Position numbers and translations under genes: made by a program
Shown here: piece by piece, positions 40,931 to 50,183 of the stretch
Position numbering within the stretch: position 1 is the first letter of the stretch
Layout of the letters: each line of letters opens with the position of its first letter
The notes under the pieces: model-generated
What the model saw: the letters and a program-made list of their open reading frames with translations, nothing else
What the model was told of the DNA's origin: nothing
The model's database searches: none
Assembly (NCBI GenBank): GCA_964610335.1
Contig: CAZSVP010000001.1
Coordinates: 151,057-215,056, forward strand
Direction of reading: 5' to 3'
Source of the DNA: an uncultured Candidatus Saccharibacteria bacterium
GTDB taxonomy: Bacteria; Patescibacteriota; Saccharimonadia; CAILAD01; BJGX01
DNA: 64,000 bases

Positions 40931-41827
40931 TTATTTACCAGCTTTGTTGCGGATGGTTTGGTACTTGTTACTAATCTTCTTGAGTTGGGCCTTGGCATCG
41001 CTGTTTTGCACTATCAAATCAGGACGAATACGCAAGAACGCATTGGGCTGTTTGTACTTCTCTTGCATAGCGACATGTCGTAGATGAACTCTAAATCCTC
41101 TGCTATCGAGCCTATCTAAGAAGCCTAGATGAAAAAGATGTATCGGTAGTCCATGGTGCTTAAACGAATAATTGGGGAACTGATCACGTAGAAATGGACT
41201 ACTAGCCAGTAGCTGTTCCCAAACTCTCTCTCCGTGGACTGGTTTGGCCATAATGCTCCAGTATGGTAACTGCAGATCTGCTGTAGGCATGAGATCGCGC
41301 TCAAACTTTACACCGTTGGTAGTGAGCCACCAACCAGTCGAGAATCGACCAGCTTTATATGTAGGTGTCTCGCGCAGTCGAAAAAGGTTCAATAGGTAGT
41401 AAACTATACCTTTTGTGATATATAGCCGATGTGGCGATGTTACAAACAGCAGATCAATATCACTCTTGTCTGTGCAGTTGCCATAAGCCACGCTGTTTAT
41501 GACCACGATTGATTTGATCCAAGGGATAAGTCTTAGAATTTTACCAAGACGGCGAGCTTTGGCAAGTAACCTGGTTTGCTCTAATGTATGAGGATTTTGT
41601 TTTGGATAATGGTGCCCGGCAATTCCGAAACTGCCATCCTTATATCCAACTACAGCTTTCTTGCGTCGCAGTGATGTAAGAGCGCTTTCGACAGCCACTA
41701 CTGTGGCCTTGCAGTGTATCAACTCAAAGAGCTGTTTCGAGTTGAGCCTGAGACCAAAAACAGCGTAGTAACTCAAGCAGTCGAGAATAGCGGTTTGGAT
41801 AGTTTTGGCGTGACGGGTGGTGGGCAT
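40931..41827 (-). CDS. Hypothetical protein with a minimal nucleotidyltransferase-like motif
   Basis: ...NSVAYGNCTDKSDIDLLFV fits the G[SG]x9-13Dx[DE] pattern; otherwise unassigned. Confidence 0.35.
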   Translation of the reverse strand: MPTTRHAKTIQTAILDCLSYYAVFGLRLNSKQLFELIHCKATVVAVESALTSLRRKKAVVGYKDGSFGIAGHHYPKQNPHTLEQTRLLAKARRLGKILRLIPWIKSIVVINSVAYGNCTDKSDIDLLFVTSPHRLYITKGIVYYLLNLFRLRETPTYKAGRFSTGWWLTTNGVKFERDLMPTADLQLPYWSIMAKPVHGERVWEQLLASSPFLRDQFPNYSFKHHGLPIHLFHLGFLDRLDSRGFRVHLRHVAMQEKYKQPNAFLRIRPDLIVQNSDAKAQLKKISNKYQTIRNKAGK

Positions 41828-42189
41828 GAGATTAAGTATATAGGATTACCAAAAAACTAATAAGAATAAGGATTTTACTCCAAGCTTTGCTTCCTGGAGC
41901 AAGCTTCTTTTGATGGACCAAAAGAAGCCAAAAGTCCTTTGGCATGGACACAATCTAGCAATGATTAGTTAGCTCTTCCTTACTATCCTGTGGAACTCGT
42001 CCTAAGAAGTCCTCAAACAGTCCTCGGATAGTAGTGTCATAGCTACCAAATCTTGCTGATTGCTTTAATGCCATTAAAGAGAAACCAATGCTGGCAATTA
42101 AGAAGTCGGAGATCAAAAAACTTCGGCCATCTGCCTTTTAGCCTTACTACTTAACTTATTGTCCTCTGCTACAAACTTTGAAACGAGTC

Positions 42190-43210
42190 AAAAACTGTAG
42201 TGAGGAGACGAAGCAAATCTCCTAGTGTGGGAGGGTGGCCATCGGTCGATGTGGCCACCCTCCCCGACAAACATCGCTGGTGGTGGAGGGCAGAACCTCC
42301 GAAGGTGCTCAGCCACAGTCTGGCTGAAAGGACTGAGCACCTCCGGGCGACGGCCGACCGGGAGGGGTCGGCTGGTGGTGAGCTGCCGAGTTTTTCGCGC
42401 GGACGCGAAGCTTTCGACAGCGTGCGGCGCCGGCTAGGCAGGTCGGAGACCCACCAAGCATCTGGCGTCGCTGACCGTCCCCGGTCTTCGCTAGGGGACG
42501 GTTGCATGCTCCCGCAAGCGGGAGAAGGTGGCCGGGGCGCGTGCTCGGCACAAAGACTCTGGTCGACCGGTCGGATATGGTTGGTTCCATGGCACCAACT
42601 TCACCTATTGGAGAGACGAGCGCTTTGCAAGGCCCCGGCAACATGGTCGGGGAATTGACCGTTTGGGTTGACGTTGTTTTGAAACGTTCCAAATGGGTTC
42701 CCCGTTGAGATTGCCGACACGCACAGGTACTCCGCCCGGACGGGTGGTGTCCCCTGCTTGCCGTGCGCCATGCGCGTGTCGGCAGAGCTGGGGTAGAGCC
42801 AGGATGAAGCATCGAAACGCAGCTTCCTGACTCTACCCTGAGAGAACAGGTTCACGCCCCGAAGGGCGGCCCCCTCTTGAGTTCCTGCGTCAAGCAGGTA
42901 CCTCCCTTTCTCCCAATGCAACCAACCTTTCCCACGCCTTCATTCCACCTCGGCATCAGTGGTTCGATGGTGACCCCAAGAACTGTCAGAATACTTTTCT
43001 ATGCTTGCCGCCGAAGCGGTCGAAGCCCTACTAGGAATTCTGAAAGTCCACGTGGCCTGTCTAGCCATTACATTAGCCGTCGGGTTCAGTCGGAGTGGTT
43101 CTCTGAAGGTTGCAACTTGCACACCGTGGCACGATCGAATCATGCCAGAAGTGCAGGCTACAACCATCAGATAGAGATTTGCTTCGTCAAGGTATCTTCT
43201 AAATCTCTCT
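42190..43210. other. GC-rich ~1 kb region with no coherent ORF, densely packed with stable hairpins (candidate large structured ncRNA or decayed foreign fragment)
   Basis: Only short, mutually overlapping ORFs with Arg/Pro-rich wrong-frame composition. Examples: a 13-bp perfect hairpin GGGAGGGTGGCCA...TGGCCACCCTCCC at ~42228-42262, and several GAAA/GCAA/CGAA-looped stems. Confidence 0.3.
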
Positions 43211-43250
43211 AGAAGTTAGTTAGAAATAATAGTCTTGCGGCCGCTGACTG

Positions 43251-44591
43251 TCAAGTTTTGATCATGGCAGAGAGCTGCTTGGTCTTGTCAGCTAGTAGCT
43301 GTTTACTATTGGCTTCGACATTGACTCGCAGCACTGGCTCAGTATTGCTGGCACGTACATTGCACCACCACTCAGGATATTCGATAGTTAAACCATCAAG
43401 ATTGTCTTGTACACCATCGGACAGGGTTTCTTTGATCTTGGATATTACAGCCTTAGTGTCCTTGACGGTCAGATTGAGCTCATCGATCGAGTAGTATGGA
43501 CTATCCAGCCCTTTTACTAGCTGAGAGAGTGTTTTGTCACTGGTTGTCAGTATATGGAGTATAGTGAGTGCCGCTATCAAGCCACTATCGGCGCCATAGT
43601 TGTCGCCAAAGTAGAAATGCCCGGAGTGTTCACAGCCAAATACTGCTTTGGTAGTTTTCATCTGTTCTAGTATGAAGCTGTGCCCTACCTGGGTGCGCTC
43701 TGTTTTACCACCCAGCTGTTCGATGGTATCGCGCACCAAGTGCGATGTCGGTGCGCTGTACAAAATAGTCGCCTTGGGGTTTGTCTTGAGCATGTGTACG
43801 GCAAGCAATGCGCCTAGTTCTCCAGCACTCACGCGTTTGCCATGCTCGTCGATCATAAATACTCGGTCGCCATCACCATCAAATGCTAGGCCACAATCGA
43901 GCTTCTTGTTTGTCACCATCTCTTGGAGGTCAGCCGTGGTAGTAGCAATCATAGGATTGGCCACATGATGCGGGAAGCTACCGTCGAGCGCTAGATCAAG
44001 CCCATGGATCTGCAGCGCAGTCAGCTCATGTAGGTATGGCAGCACAATTGCCTCCATGCCGTTTCCAGCATCAACGCCAACTTGGAGCGGTGCAAACTCA
44101 TCGCCCGAGAGGTTGATACAGTGTTCTACCCAGTCACGAAGCACATGTTTCTGAGTGACTTTACCTGTCTTCGTGCCTGTTTTGTACTTGTTGGCCATTA
44201 CAAATTGTTTGATAGTGCTAAGCCCACTATCGCTACCAATTGGTGATACTCCCGACCCCGTCAGCTTAAAGCCATTGTATTGAGCGGGGTTGTGACTAGC
44301 AGTCACCATTGCTGCACCAGCCAGCTGGTATTGGCCAACAGCCCAGTAGCTCATGTCAGTGGTAATGCGGCCCAGATCCCAGACGTCGCGACCTTGTTTG
44401 ATCAGCCCTTCTATCAGAGCCTCACTTAGTTCTGCTGAACCCAGGCGCATATCTCGACCCACCGCCGCAATTCCTGCTGGCAAGAAATCAGCTAGAGCCT
44501 GCCCAACTGCGTAGGCTAGCTCGGGAGTGATATCTTCTGGTATGCGACCACGAATGTCGTAGGCATGAAAAACGCTCTCATTAAACTTCAT
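43251..44591 (-). CDS. Phosphoglucomutase/phosphomannomutase (alpha-D-phosphohexomutase family)
   Basis: Active-site TASHNPAQYNGFK motif, 446 aa. Confidence 0.85.
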   Translation of the reverse strand: MKFNESVFHAYDIRGRIPEDITPELAYAVGQALADFLPAGIAAVGRDMRLGSAELSEALIEGLIKQGRDVWDLGRITTDMSYWAVGQYQLAGAAMVTASHNPAQYNGFKLTGSGVSPIGSDSGLSTIKQFVMANKYKTGTKTGKVTQKHVLRDWVEHCINLSGDEFAPLQVGVDAGNGMEAIVLPYLHELTALQIHGLDLALDGSFPHHVANPMIATTTADLQEMVTNKKLDCGLAFDGDGDRVFMIDEHGKRVSAGELGALLAVHMLKTNPKATILYSAPTSHLVRDTIEQLGGKTERTQVGHSFILEQMKTTKAVFGCEHSGHFYFGDNYGADSGLIAALTILHILTTSDKTLSQLVKGLDSPYYSIDELNLTVKDTKAVISKIKETLSDGVQDNLDGLTIEYPEWWCNVRASNTEPVLRVNVEANSKQLLADKTKQLSAMIKT

Positions 44592-44622
44592 ATGCTTATT
44601 CTAGCAGATTTGACACAAACGC

Positions 44623-45699
44623 TTACCAGAATATGTTGCCGCGATTGAGCTTCATGTAGCCAGCTAGGTAGTAGGCTTCGGCGCGGCGCCAGAGGTCATA
44701 GCGATTGCTGAGTGGTAGATCCCAAGCTCCCACAAATTCCACTACTTCTGGGTTAAATCCAGACTTGAAGCGGTAGAGTCCAGCCTGATGATGATTGGGA
44801 TTGTCGAGCTGATCTCGGGGTGGCACAGCGATAGTGTCGTAGATAGTGGCACCATTGTCTCTGGCCCACTGCATAGCCCGAAATTGTAGCAAGTATGGAG
44901 CCATCAGGTTTTGTTTGATGCGATAGCTGCCGCCATCCTTGTAGTAGGCTCGTTTGCCGTACAAGAACAGATATACAAATGCCAAGTCTTGTCCCCCGTG
45001 GGTGGCCACTAGCAGCTTGCCTAGACCACTGTCAGCAAAACGCTGCCAGTAGTCGGCATAGATGGCCTTGGGGCGCAGATAAAAACTAGCTCTGGCCTGG
45101 GTAGCGCTCATCATATCGTACATCTGGTCAATCGCCGCTGCATCAACTGGCCGTTCCTCCACTACTACACCCTTGCGCTCAGCCAAGCGGATGTTGTAGC
45201 GAGTTTTTTGTTTGAAGCTGGCCAATAGATCATCGTCATTGCGATCAATATCCACTAAGATGGTTGCTTTGAAATACAGATCAGCTCGAGCTTTGACCAT
45301 ACCCAGGCTGGCCATATCTAGCTCATCCGCCAATATCTCCGGCTCGAGTTTGAGTAGTAGCGCTCGCGTGTCGTGTTGCACTAGCATGGCCTTGAGCTCG
45401 CCGATAAATTTGGCCATGGTTGCCTTATCTTTGTGGCTGAGCGAGCCAAGTTTGAATAGCTCGGGCCCCTTGGCTACTACATAGGTAGTACCAAAAGCTG
45501 GCAGACTTTTGCGCAGCAAGGTGAAGTAGACAGGTTTGTCAGCCTTGGTGTGTTGATAGACCCAGTAAAGTGGTTGCCAGCCTGAGATAGCCTTAAAACT
45601 GTTCCATTCAGTAGTTTGAAAGACATGCCCACCGGCGGGATTTCTGGTAATTAGTTTATCCCAATCAGTGATTTCTGACTTAGTAGCTTCGCGTATCAT
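44623..45699 (-). CDS. FemAB-family peptidoglycan interpeptide-bridge aminoacyltransferase, paralog 3
   Basis: 358 aa; paralogous to the two upstream genes; family-typical length and conserved blocks (YLLQ...WA...G...YDT/YDL). Confidence 0.7.
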   Translation of the reverse strand: MIREATKSEITDWDKLITRNPAGGHVFQTTEWNSFKAISGWQPLYWVYQHTKADKPVYFTLLRKSLPAFGTTYVVAKGPELFKLGSLSHKDKATMAKFIGELKAMLVQHDTRALLLKLEPEILADELDMASLGMVKARADLYFKATILVDIDRNDDDLLASFKQKTRYNIRLAERKGVVVEERPVDAAAIDQMYDMMSATQARASFYLRPKAIYADYWQRFADSGLGKLLVATHGGQDLAFVYLFLYGKRAYYKDGGSYRIKQNLMAPYLLQFRAMQWARDNGATIYDTIAVPPRDQLDNPNHHQAGLYRFKSGFNPEVVEFVGAWDLPLSNRYDLWRRAEAYYLAGYMKLNRGNIFW

Positions 45700-45700
45700 G

Positions 45701-46732
45701 TTAATACCACAGCTGCCTTCTTACTCGATGCGCCATAAGCGTGGCTGGCTTTTCGTAGAGTTTAGTGAACCGTTGGTACTTCTTTGGTTGGAAAACTAAG
45801 TCGTAAGTACCCATAAATTCTTTTAGCTCTGGCTTAAAACCTAGCTTGAACTGAGCTAGGCGTGATAGCGGGTGATTGGGGTCGTCTAGCTCACCAGGCG
45901 CAGGCAAGCCCATCAGATCATAGTTAGCGACAGATTTGGCTTGCAGCCAGCGAATAATCTGCCAGTGCAGCGCGTATGGTGCCATTAGACTTTGTTTGGC
46001 ACGGGTGGATCCACCATCTTTGTACCAAGCCTTGTTGCCCAGATGGACAACAAATGCGCCGGCCAACACATCGCCCTCATGACTTGCCAAGAAAAGTTGT
46101 CCGGTATGATCATTGCATAGCGCACGCCAACTAGCTAGTACGTAGCTTTTGTTGGGGTTGAAGTAGTTTGATCGTTCGTGGGTGGTTGCAATAAGCCGAT
46201 ACATGATTTCGAAGTTTTCGGCGGTAGGCTCAACTCCCTCCACAGTTACACCTTTGCGCTCCGCCAGGCGCACATTGTAACGTGTCTTTTGCTTGAAGCT
46301 AGCAAGTAATTCTTCTTCAGACTTAGCTAGATCTACTATACCGGTAGAAACGACTTGTCGGTTGATGGCTGACTTACGGAAATCGCTGGGTAAGCCCGTG
46401 CTAGCTGGAAGCTCCGGTTCAAGCTTGATAGCGACTACGTCTGGCGCAAGTTTGTACAGCTCAGCCAAAATTTCCTCTAGACCTCCTTCGCTGGTAATGC
46501 CAGGACCTTTGGGGCAGTACCAGATCTTGCCAATCGTAGGTATGTTGCGCTCAAGTATAAGTACAGCGACAGTTTGATCTCTTAGCTTAGCTACAAACTG
46601 GCGAGGCTGCCAGCCGTAGTGGCGGCGAAAGTGTGCCCACCCTGCAGATTGCAGAAAATGACCGCCGTCTGGATTACCAGCAATCAACTCGTTCCACTGT
46701 TTGAGCTCGTCGAGAGAGGCTTCGTGTGTCAT
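45701..46732 (-). CDS. FemAB-family aminoacyltransferase, paralog 2. Start set at the internal ATG, which overlaps the upstream stop as ATGA.
   Basis: Paralogous to its neighbours; ATGA start/stop overlap suggests translational coupling. Confidence 0.7.
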   Translation of the reverse strand: MTHEASLDELKQWNELIAGNPDGGHFLQSAGWAHFRRHYGWQPRQFVAKLRDQTVAVLILERNIPTIGKIWYCPKGPGITSEGGLEEILAELYKLAPDVVAIKLEPELPASTGLPSDFRKSAINRQVVSTGIVDLAKSEEELLASFKQKTRYNVRLAERKGVTVEGVEPTAENFEIMYRLIATTHERSNYFNPNKSYVLASWRALCNDHTGQLFLASHEGDVLAGAFVVHLGNKAWYKDGGSTRAKQSLMAPYALHWQIIRWLQAKSVANYDLMGLPAPGELDDPNHPLSRLAQFKLGFKPELKEFMGTYDLVFQPKKYQRFTKLYEKPATLMAHRVRRQLWY

Positions 46733-47688
46733 TTGTTGAGCTTTCGTTTGGTGTCGTAGATACGATATTTGATCTGTTTGAGTGGCTTTTCCCAGGTGCC
46801 AAGAGTTTCTTCGAGGCGGCCACCATAGGCTTTTTTGAACTGTGAGAACCCGTACCATGGATCCTTGGGGTCATCGTGCGGTGTGACTCCCCAGAAGTTA
46901 AATTGCCGGAAATCATGGGACTTGGCGTCTAGTAGCATCTGCCAGACTAGATATACAGAGGCTTTGTACTGGCGATTGAGCGCTTGGTCGTTGCCAGTGT
47001 GGGCATAGTAACGCACGCCATTCCAATCGTAAACCAGGCTGATACTGATATATTTGCCTTCGGCCTTGGCGATAAAAAAGCGAGCCACGCCAGCTGGTAT
47101 AAGTGTCTCAGCCATTGCTCGGAAGTAACTGTCTGGGTGGTTTTGGAATCGCCCACTACCCGTGTCATGTAACAGCCGCAAGAATTCGTCGATCATGCTC
47201 AGATCAGTTGATTCTGTAACAGTAATGCCTCGCTTGGGTGCGGTGTTGATACGGTTGCGATGTCCGCGTTCCAATCCTGCTCGCAGCTCATCCTCTGATG
47301 GAGAAAGATCGAGTACCCAAGGGTATTTGGGCTGAACTGGCTTGACCTCGTGGTAGCCAGCCGCTTCGAGCTCAACGCTTGATACCTTGCCAATCGGCTC
47401 AACTCGTATAAAGTCGAGCTTCTGAGACCTGGCGGCATCCTCGATACTTTCCAGACAAGCTAGTACATCTGTTTGTACGGTCGGCCCGTATGGCAGGCTC
47501 AAAAACCTCACTAGCTTGGCTTGCTGTACAAACCCAACCCAACTCCAGTTCTTAGTCTGATCGTGCAGGACCTTGCGACCGACCATTGATTGAAACACCG
47601 ACCACTCGTGGCTTTGCAGGAAGTGCGCACCTAGCTCTAGCTGCTTGTCGTTCCAATCAAGTGGTGGGAGGCCTTTAGTAAAAGTCAT
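46729..47688 (-). CDS. FemAB-family aminoacyltransferase, paralog 1
   Basis: 319 aa, first of three tandem paralogs. Confidence 0.65.
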   Translation of the reverse strand: MTFTKGLPPLDWNDKQLELGAHFLQSHEWSVFQSMVGRKVLHDQTKNWSWVGFVQQAKLVRFLSLPYGPTVQTDVLACLESIEDAARSQKLDFIRVEPIGKVSSVELEAAGYHEVKPVQPKYPWVLDLSPSEDELRAGLERGHRNRINTAPKRGITVTESTDLSMIDEFLRLLHDTGSGRFQNHPDSYFRAMAETLIPAGVARFFIAKAEGKYISISLVYDWNGVRYYAHTGNDQALNRQYKASVYLVWQMLLDAKSHDFRQFNFWGVTPHDDPKDPWYGFSQFKKAYGGRLEETLGTWEKPLKQIKYRIYDTKRKLNK

Positions 47689-47724
47689 AACCCCATTGTA
47701 GCAAATGTAGTAACCTTATAACAA

Positions 47725-47753
47725 TTGACAAATCACTATAAATATTCTAGAAT
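47725..47753 (+). promoter_or_regulatory. Sigma70-like promoter (TTGACA-17-TAGAAT) preceding the island-4 ORF
   Basis: Hexamers seen directly; low-GC sequence adjoining high-GC coding DNA. Confidence 0.4.
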
Positions 47754-47760
47754 TATCGCC

Positions 47761-47786
47761 AGTTTACAGCTCGAACTAGTTTGGGG
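47761..47786 (+). repeat. Left copy of a ~26-nt imperfect direct repeat (AGTTTACA-N9-TAGTTTGGG) flanking GC island 4
   Basis: Matches 48349-48374 at ~19 of 26-28 positions. Confidence 0.4.
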
Positions 47787-47829
47787 CTGTTGCAGCCCCT
47801 TGCTATTCCAACGACCGAGGAGGTCAACC

Positions 47830-48285
47830 ATGCCAGTATTGAATGTCACCGGAGCTGAGGATTGGGTGATGCGCGCCGACATCATTCGACGTGCCAACCC
47901 CAACGACTTCAAGACCAAGGAGTTCCTCAAGGCCTTGCCGGCCATGGCAGTTGCTGCTATCAACCAAGTCGATGACAGCGGGCTCGAGGTCGAGGAGGTG
48001 ATCACCGTGGTAGGTACCTTCCACCCCTGGAGTTCCAACACCCCGGACATGTGGGTGGATCTGGTGTGTGGCACCATGCCACATGCCGAGGGTGACACCA
48101 TCCCAACGTACGAGCAGCAGGAGAAGCGTCGCGATGACATCTACGCACTTCTCGATGCTTCGATCGACGAGTGGTGGGAGGGCACCGATCCACGACCGCA
48201 GATCGATGTGGAGGTGCGTCCGCTGCAGGGTTCAGGCGGCTCGCGTGACATCAAGGGCGAGCTCTTCGCCCGCTGGGGCGGGTAG
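47830..48285 (+). CDS. Hypothetical protein, high-GC (island 4), ~151 aa
   Basis: GGAGG RBS 8 nt upstream of the ATG; strong third-position G/C bias; bracketed by hairpins. Confidence 0.45.
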   Translation: MPVLNVTGAEDWVMRADIIRRANPNDFKTKEFLKALPAMAVAAINQVDDSGLEVEEVITVVGTFHPWSSNTPDMWVDLVCGTMPHAEGDTIPTYEQQEKRRDDIYALLDASIDEWWEGTDPRPQIDVEVRPLQGSGGSRDIKGELFARWGG

Positions 48286-48348
48286 TTCCATGTTGTAGCA
48301 GCAAGGGGCAGCTCGATCCGGTTATTGACCGGGTCGAGCAGACTTCCA

Positions 48349-48374
48349 AGTTTACAAATACTTGTAGTTTTGGG
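48349..48374 (+). repeat. Right copy of the direct repeat flanking GC island 4; it abuts the stop of the downstream NUDIX gene
   Basis: agtttacaaatacttgtagttttggg. Confidence 0.4.
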
Positions 48375-48376
48375 AG

Positions 48377-49090
48377 TTAGAACAAGTCTTTGGTGTACTC
48401 GACTGTGCGCTCGACAAACATTTCCTCGGAGCTGACTATATCGATCTCGATATCGAAGCTGGTAAATATCTTCGGTTGGCTTAAGGCTTGCTGACGTGAC
48501 ATCCAAGCATTGCGACCGCCCTCAAACTCTTCGATCAATCTGCCGGCCAGGTTGGTACAGTGAATCACAAAAAATATCTTATCCTCTAGCTGATCGCCGG
48601 TTTCCTGCTGATACACCAGCTCGTGGTACACACCAGCTATTCGGTGGTCAGCAGTTAGTCCGGTTTCTTCCATCAGCTCACGCTCGGCGGCTTGTACAAT
48701 CGTCTCGCCCCAGCGGATCTTGCCGGTGGCAAAGCCCCAGAAGCCAAAGTAAGGCTGTTTTAGCCGTTCCTGAAATAGGTACTCTGTCTTTCCATCGCTA
48801 TTTTGGCGCTCAATGGCCAAGATTACCGCTACCTTGGGTTGGCGCTCAATAGTGTTGTTGTCGGTATCAAGCTTGTTGGCGTGTTCCTTGCCCTTGGGTG
48901 TAAGAGTGTAGCTTCCGCGAGCGACCTTCTCAACCAAGCCCAACTCTACCAATTTGCTGATGTGAAAGTTGAAGTGATCGGAGCTCAGTCCTGTCCCCTT
49001 CTGCAATTTGGCAAAGTTGGCATGTGGGTGAAAAAGTAGCTCGCGCAATATCGAAGTCTGGGCATCGTGAATTTTTACTTCATGGCTCAT
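48377..49090 (-). CDS. Winged-helix DNA-binding domain fused to a NUDIX hydrolase domain
   Basis: N-terminal wHTH (LSSDHFNFHISKLVELGLVEK); Nudix box GKIRWGETIVQAAERELMEETGL. Confidence 0.7.
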   Translation of the reverse strand: MSHEVKIHDAQTSILRELLFHPHANFAKLQKGTGLSSDHFNFHISKLVELGLVEKVARGSYTLTPKGKEHANKLDTDNNTIERQPKVAVILAIERQNSDGKTEYLFQERLKQPYFGFWGFATGKIRWGETIVQAAERELMEETGLTADHRIAGVYHELVYQQETGDQLEDKIFFVIHCTNLAGRLIEEFEGGRNAWMSRQQALSQPKIFTSFDIEIDIVSSEEMFVERTVEYTKDLF

Positions 49091-49235
49091 AACATGTATC
49101 TCCTCTTAAGTTGTGTTAGGAGAGCTCTCATTTGCACTATAGCCTGACGCAAAAGAATAAAAAAGTAAAGTCGGCTTCAGGTATTCTTTGGTTGCTTCTC
49201 CAGAATCCATCAGTTACTGATGTGCTCTGGGGAAT

Positions 49236-49255
49236 CCCCGGCCTTGCGGCCGGGG
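49236..49255 (-). terminator. Terminator hairpin CCCCGGCC-TTGC-GGCCGGGG downstream of the island-5 gene
   Basis: Perfect 8-bp GC stem with a tetraloop. Confidence 0.5.
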
Positions 49256-49289
49256 CCCCGACTTGCTGCGGACCTGAGGCAGTGCTGCG

Positions 49290-50183
49290 TCAGTTGACCT
49301 GACGCCCCTCGAGTCCATTGATGAACGCCACCTGCGCATCATGTCCGCCGTTCTCGCCGGTGGCCCTGAGGCCAGCAGCGATGTAGACGAGCATGTGACG
49401 CGCCGAACGCTCGGTCTCGCTCTTGGGCGGCCCGAAAATTGCGTCCATGGTGTCGATCGAGGCCACTCGTGGCATGGCAGGCACGATGGCCTGACCGGCC
49501 TTGAGCTTGCCAACCATCTCGTTGTAGAGCTGGTCGACGTTCTGACCGAACGCGGGATACTTGGTGCTCAGAAGCTTGGACTGCTCCTGGTACACCTCGA
49601 TCTCGCGCTCAGCACTGGCCTGCACCGACTTGCCATCCCAGCCCGGGCGTGCCGACTGCTCGGCATGTCGCAGCTCGTGGAGCAGCACCAGCCCGGCCCA
49701 GGTGGGCGTGAACTGCTGGTTGTCGGCTACCAGGACGCTCATCAGGTTGCCGTTGAATTCGGCAATCCGTCCGTTGGCGCCGATCACATCGGCGAACGAG
49801 TTGCCGTTCTGGGCATCCTCGGTCAGAAGTGGCATGAAGTCGAACTTGCGCTCACCCGTGGGTTCACGCAAGTTCGCGAAGCCGTCGTGCGTGGGTGCGC
49901 CGATGCGACCGTGCTCGCGAGCGAAGTTGACCACCATGGTCAACTCCATCGAGCCGAGGCTGCTGGCCGTGTCGTCGGCGTTCTTGAGCCAGGCATCGGC
50001 CAGTGCGAGATGACGCTGCTTGGCATCGTCACTCACCTTGGTGATCGGGATGGTGCCCTGGCCGTACTTCGTATAACCGTAGGTCGGCTCGGTCGGTGCC
50101 GACTGGCTGGACGGAGAGCTGCTGCAGCCCGCCAAGAAGGCGAGCAACAGAATCAGCCCAAGGAACTTGCGGGGGGACTTCAT
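49290..50183 (-). CDS. Putative lipoprotein zinc metallopeptidase (HEXXH), high-GC island 5
   Basis: Signal peptide with lipobox LLAFLAGC; HELRHAEQ motif; start set at MKSPRKF. Confidence 0.5.
   Translation of the reverse strand: MKSPRKFLGLILLLAFLAGCSSSPSSQSAPTEPTYGYTKYGQGTIPITKVSDDAKQRHLALADAWLKNADDTASSLGSMELTMVVNFAREHGRIGAPTHDGFANLREPTGERKFDFMPLLTEDAQNGNSFADVIGANGRIAEFNGNLMSVLVADNQQFTPTWAGLVLLHELRHAEQSARPGWDGKSVQASAEREIEVYQEQSKLLSTKYPAFGQNVDQLYNEMVGKLKAGQAIVPAMPRVASIDTMDAIFGPPKSETERSARHMLVYIAAGLRATGENGGHDAQVAFINGLEGRQVN

Noticed and set aside
41830-42190. Low-GC ~360-nt gap between the nucleotidyltransferase-like gene and the GC-rich structured region; considered as a small gene or pseudogene
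   Set aside because: No ORF over 60 aa with a start and RBS. It could be a decayed gene remnant, but nothing can be supported from sequence alone.
42190-43210. Tested by eye whether the GC-rich structured region is RNase P RNA, tmRNA or a group II intron
   Set aside because: It lacks the P4 GGAAAGUCCGG/ACAGAACCCGGCUUA pair, a tRNA-like 3' end with a tag ORF, and a recognisable domain V. It is also too long for the first two. It is left as unclassified rather than named.
47725-47829. N-terminal extension of the island-4 ORF (the ORF track starts it at 47725)
   Set aside because: The extension reads through the TTGACA/TAGAAT promoter hexamers and the flanking direct repeat. The GGAGG RBS points to the ATG at 47830 as the real start.
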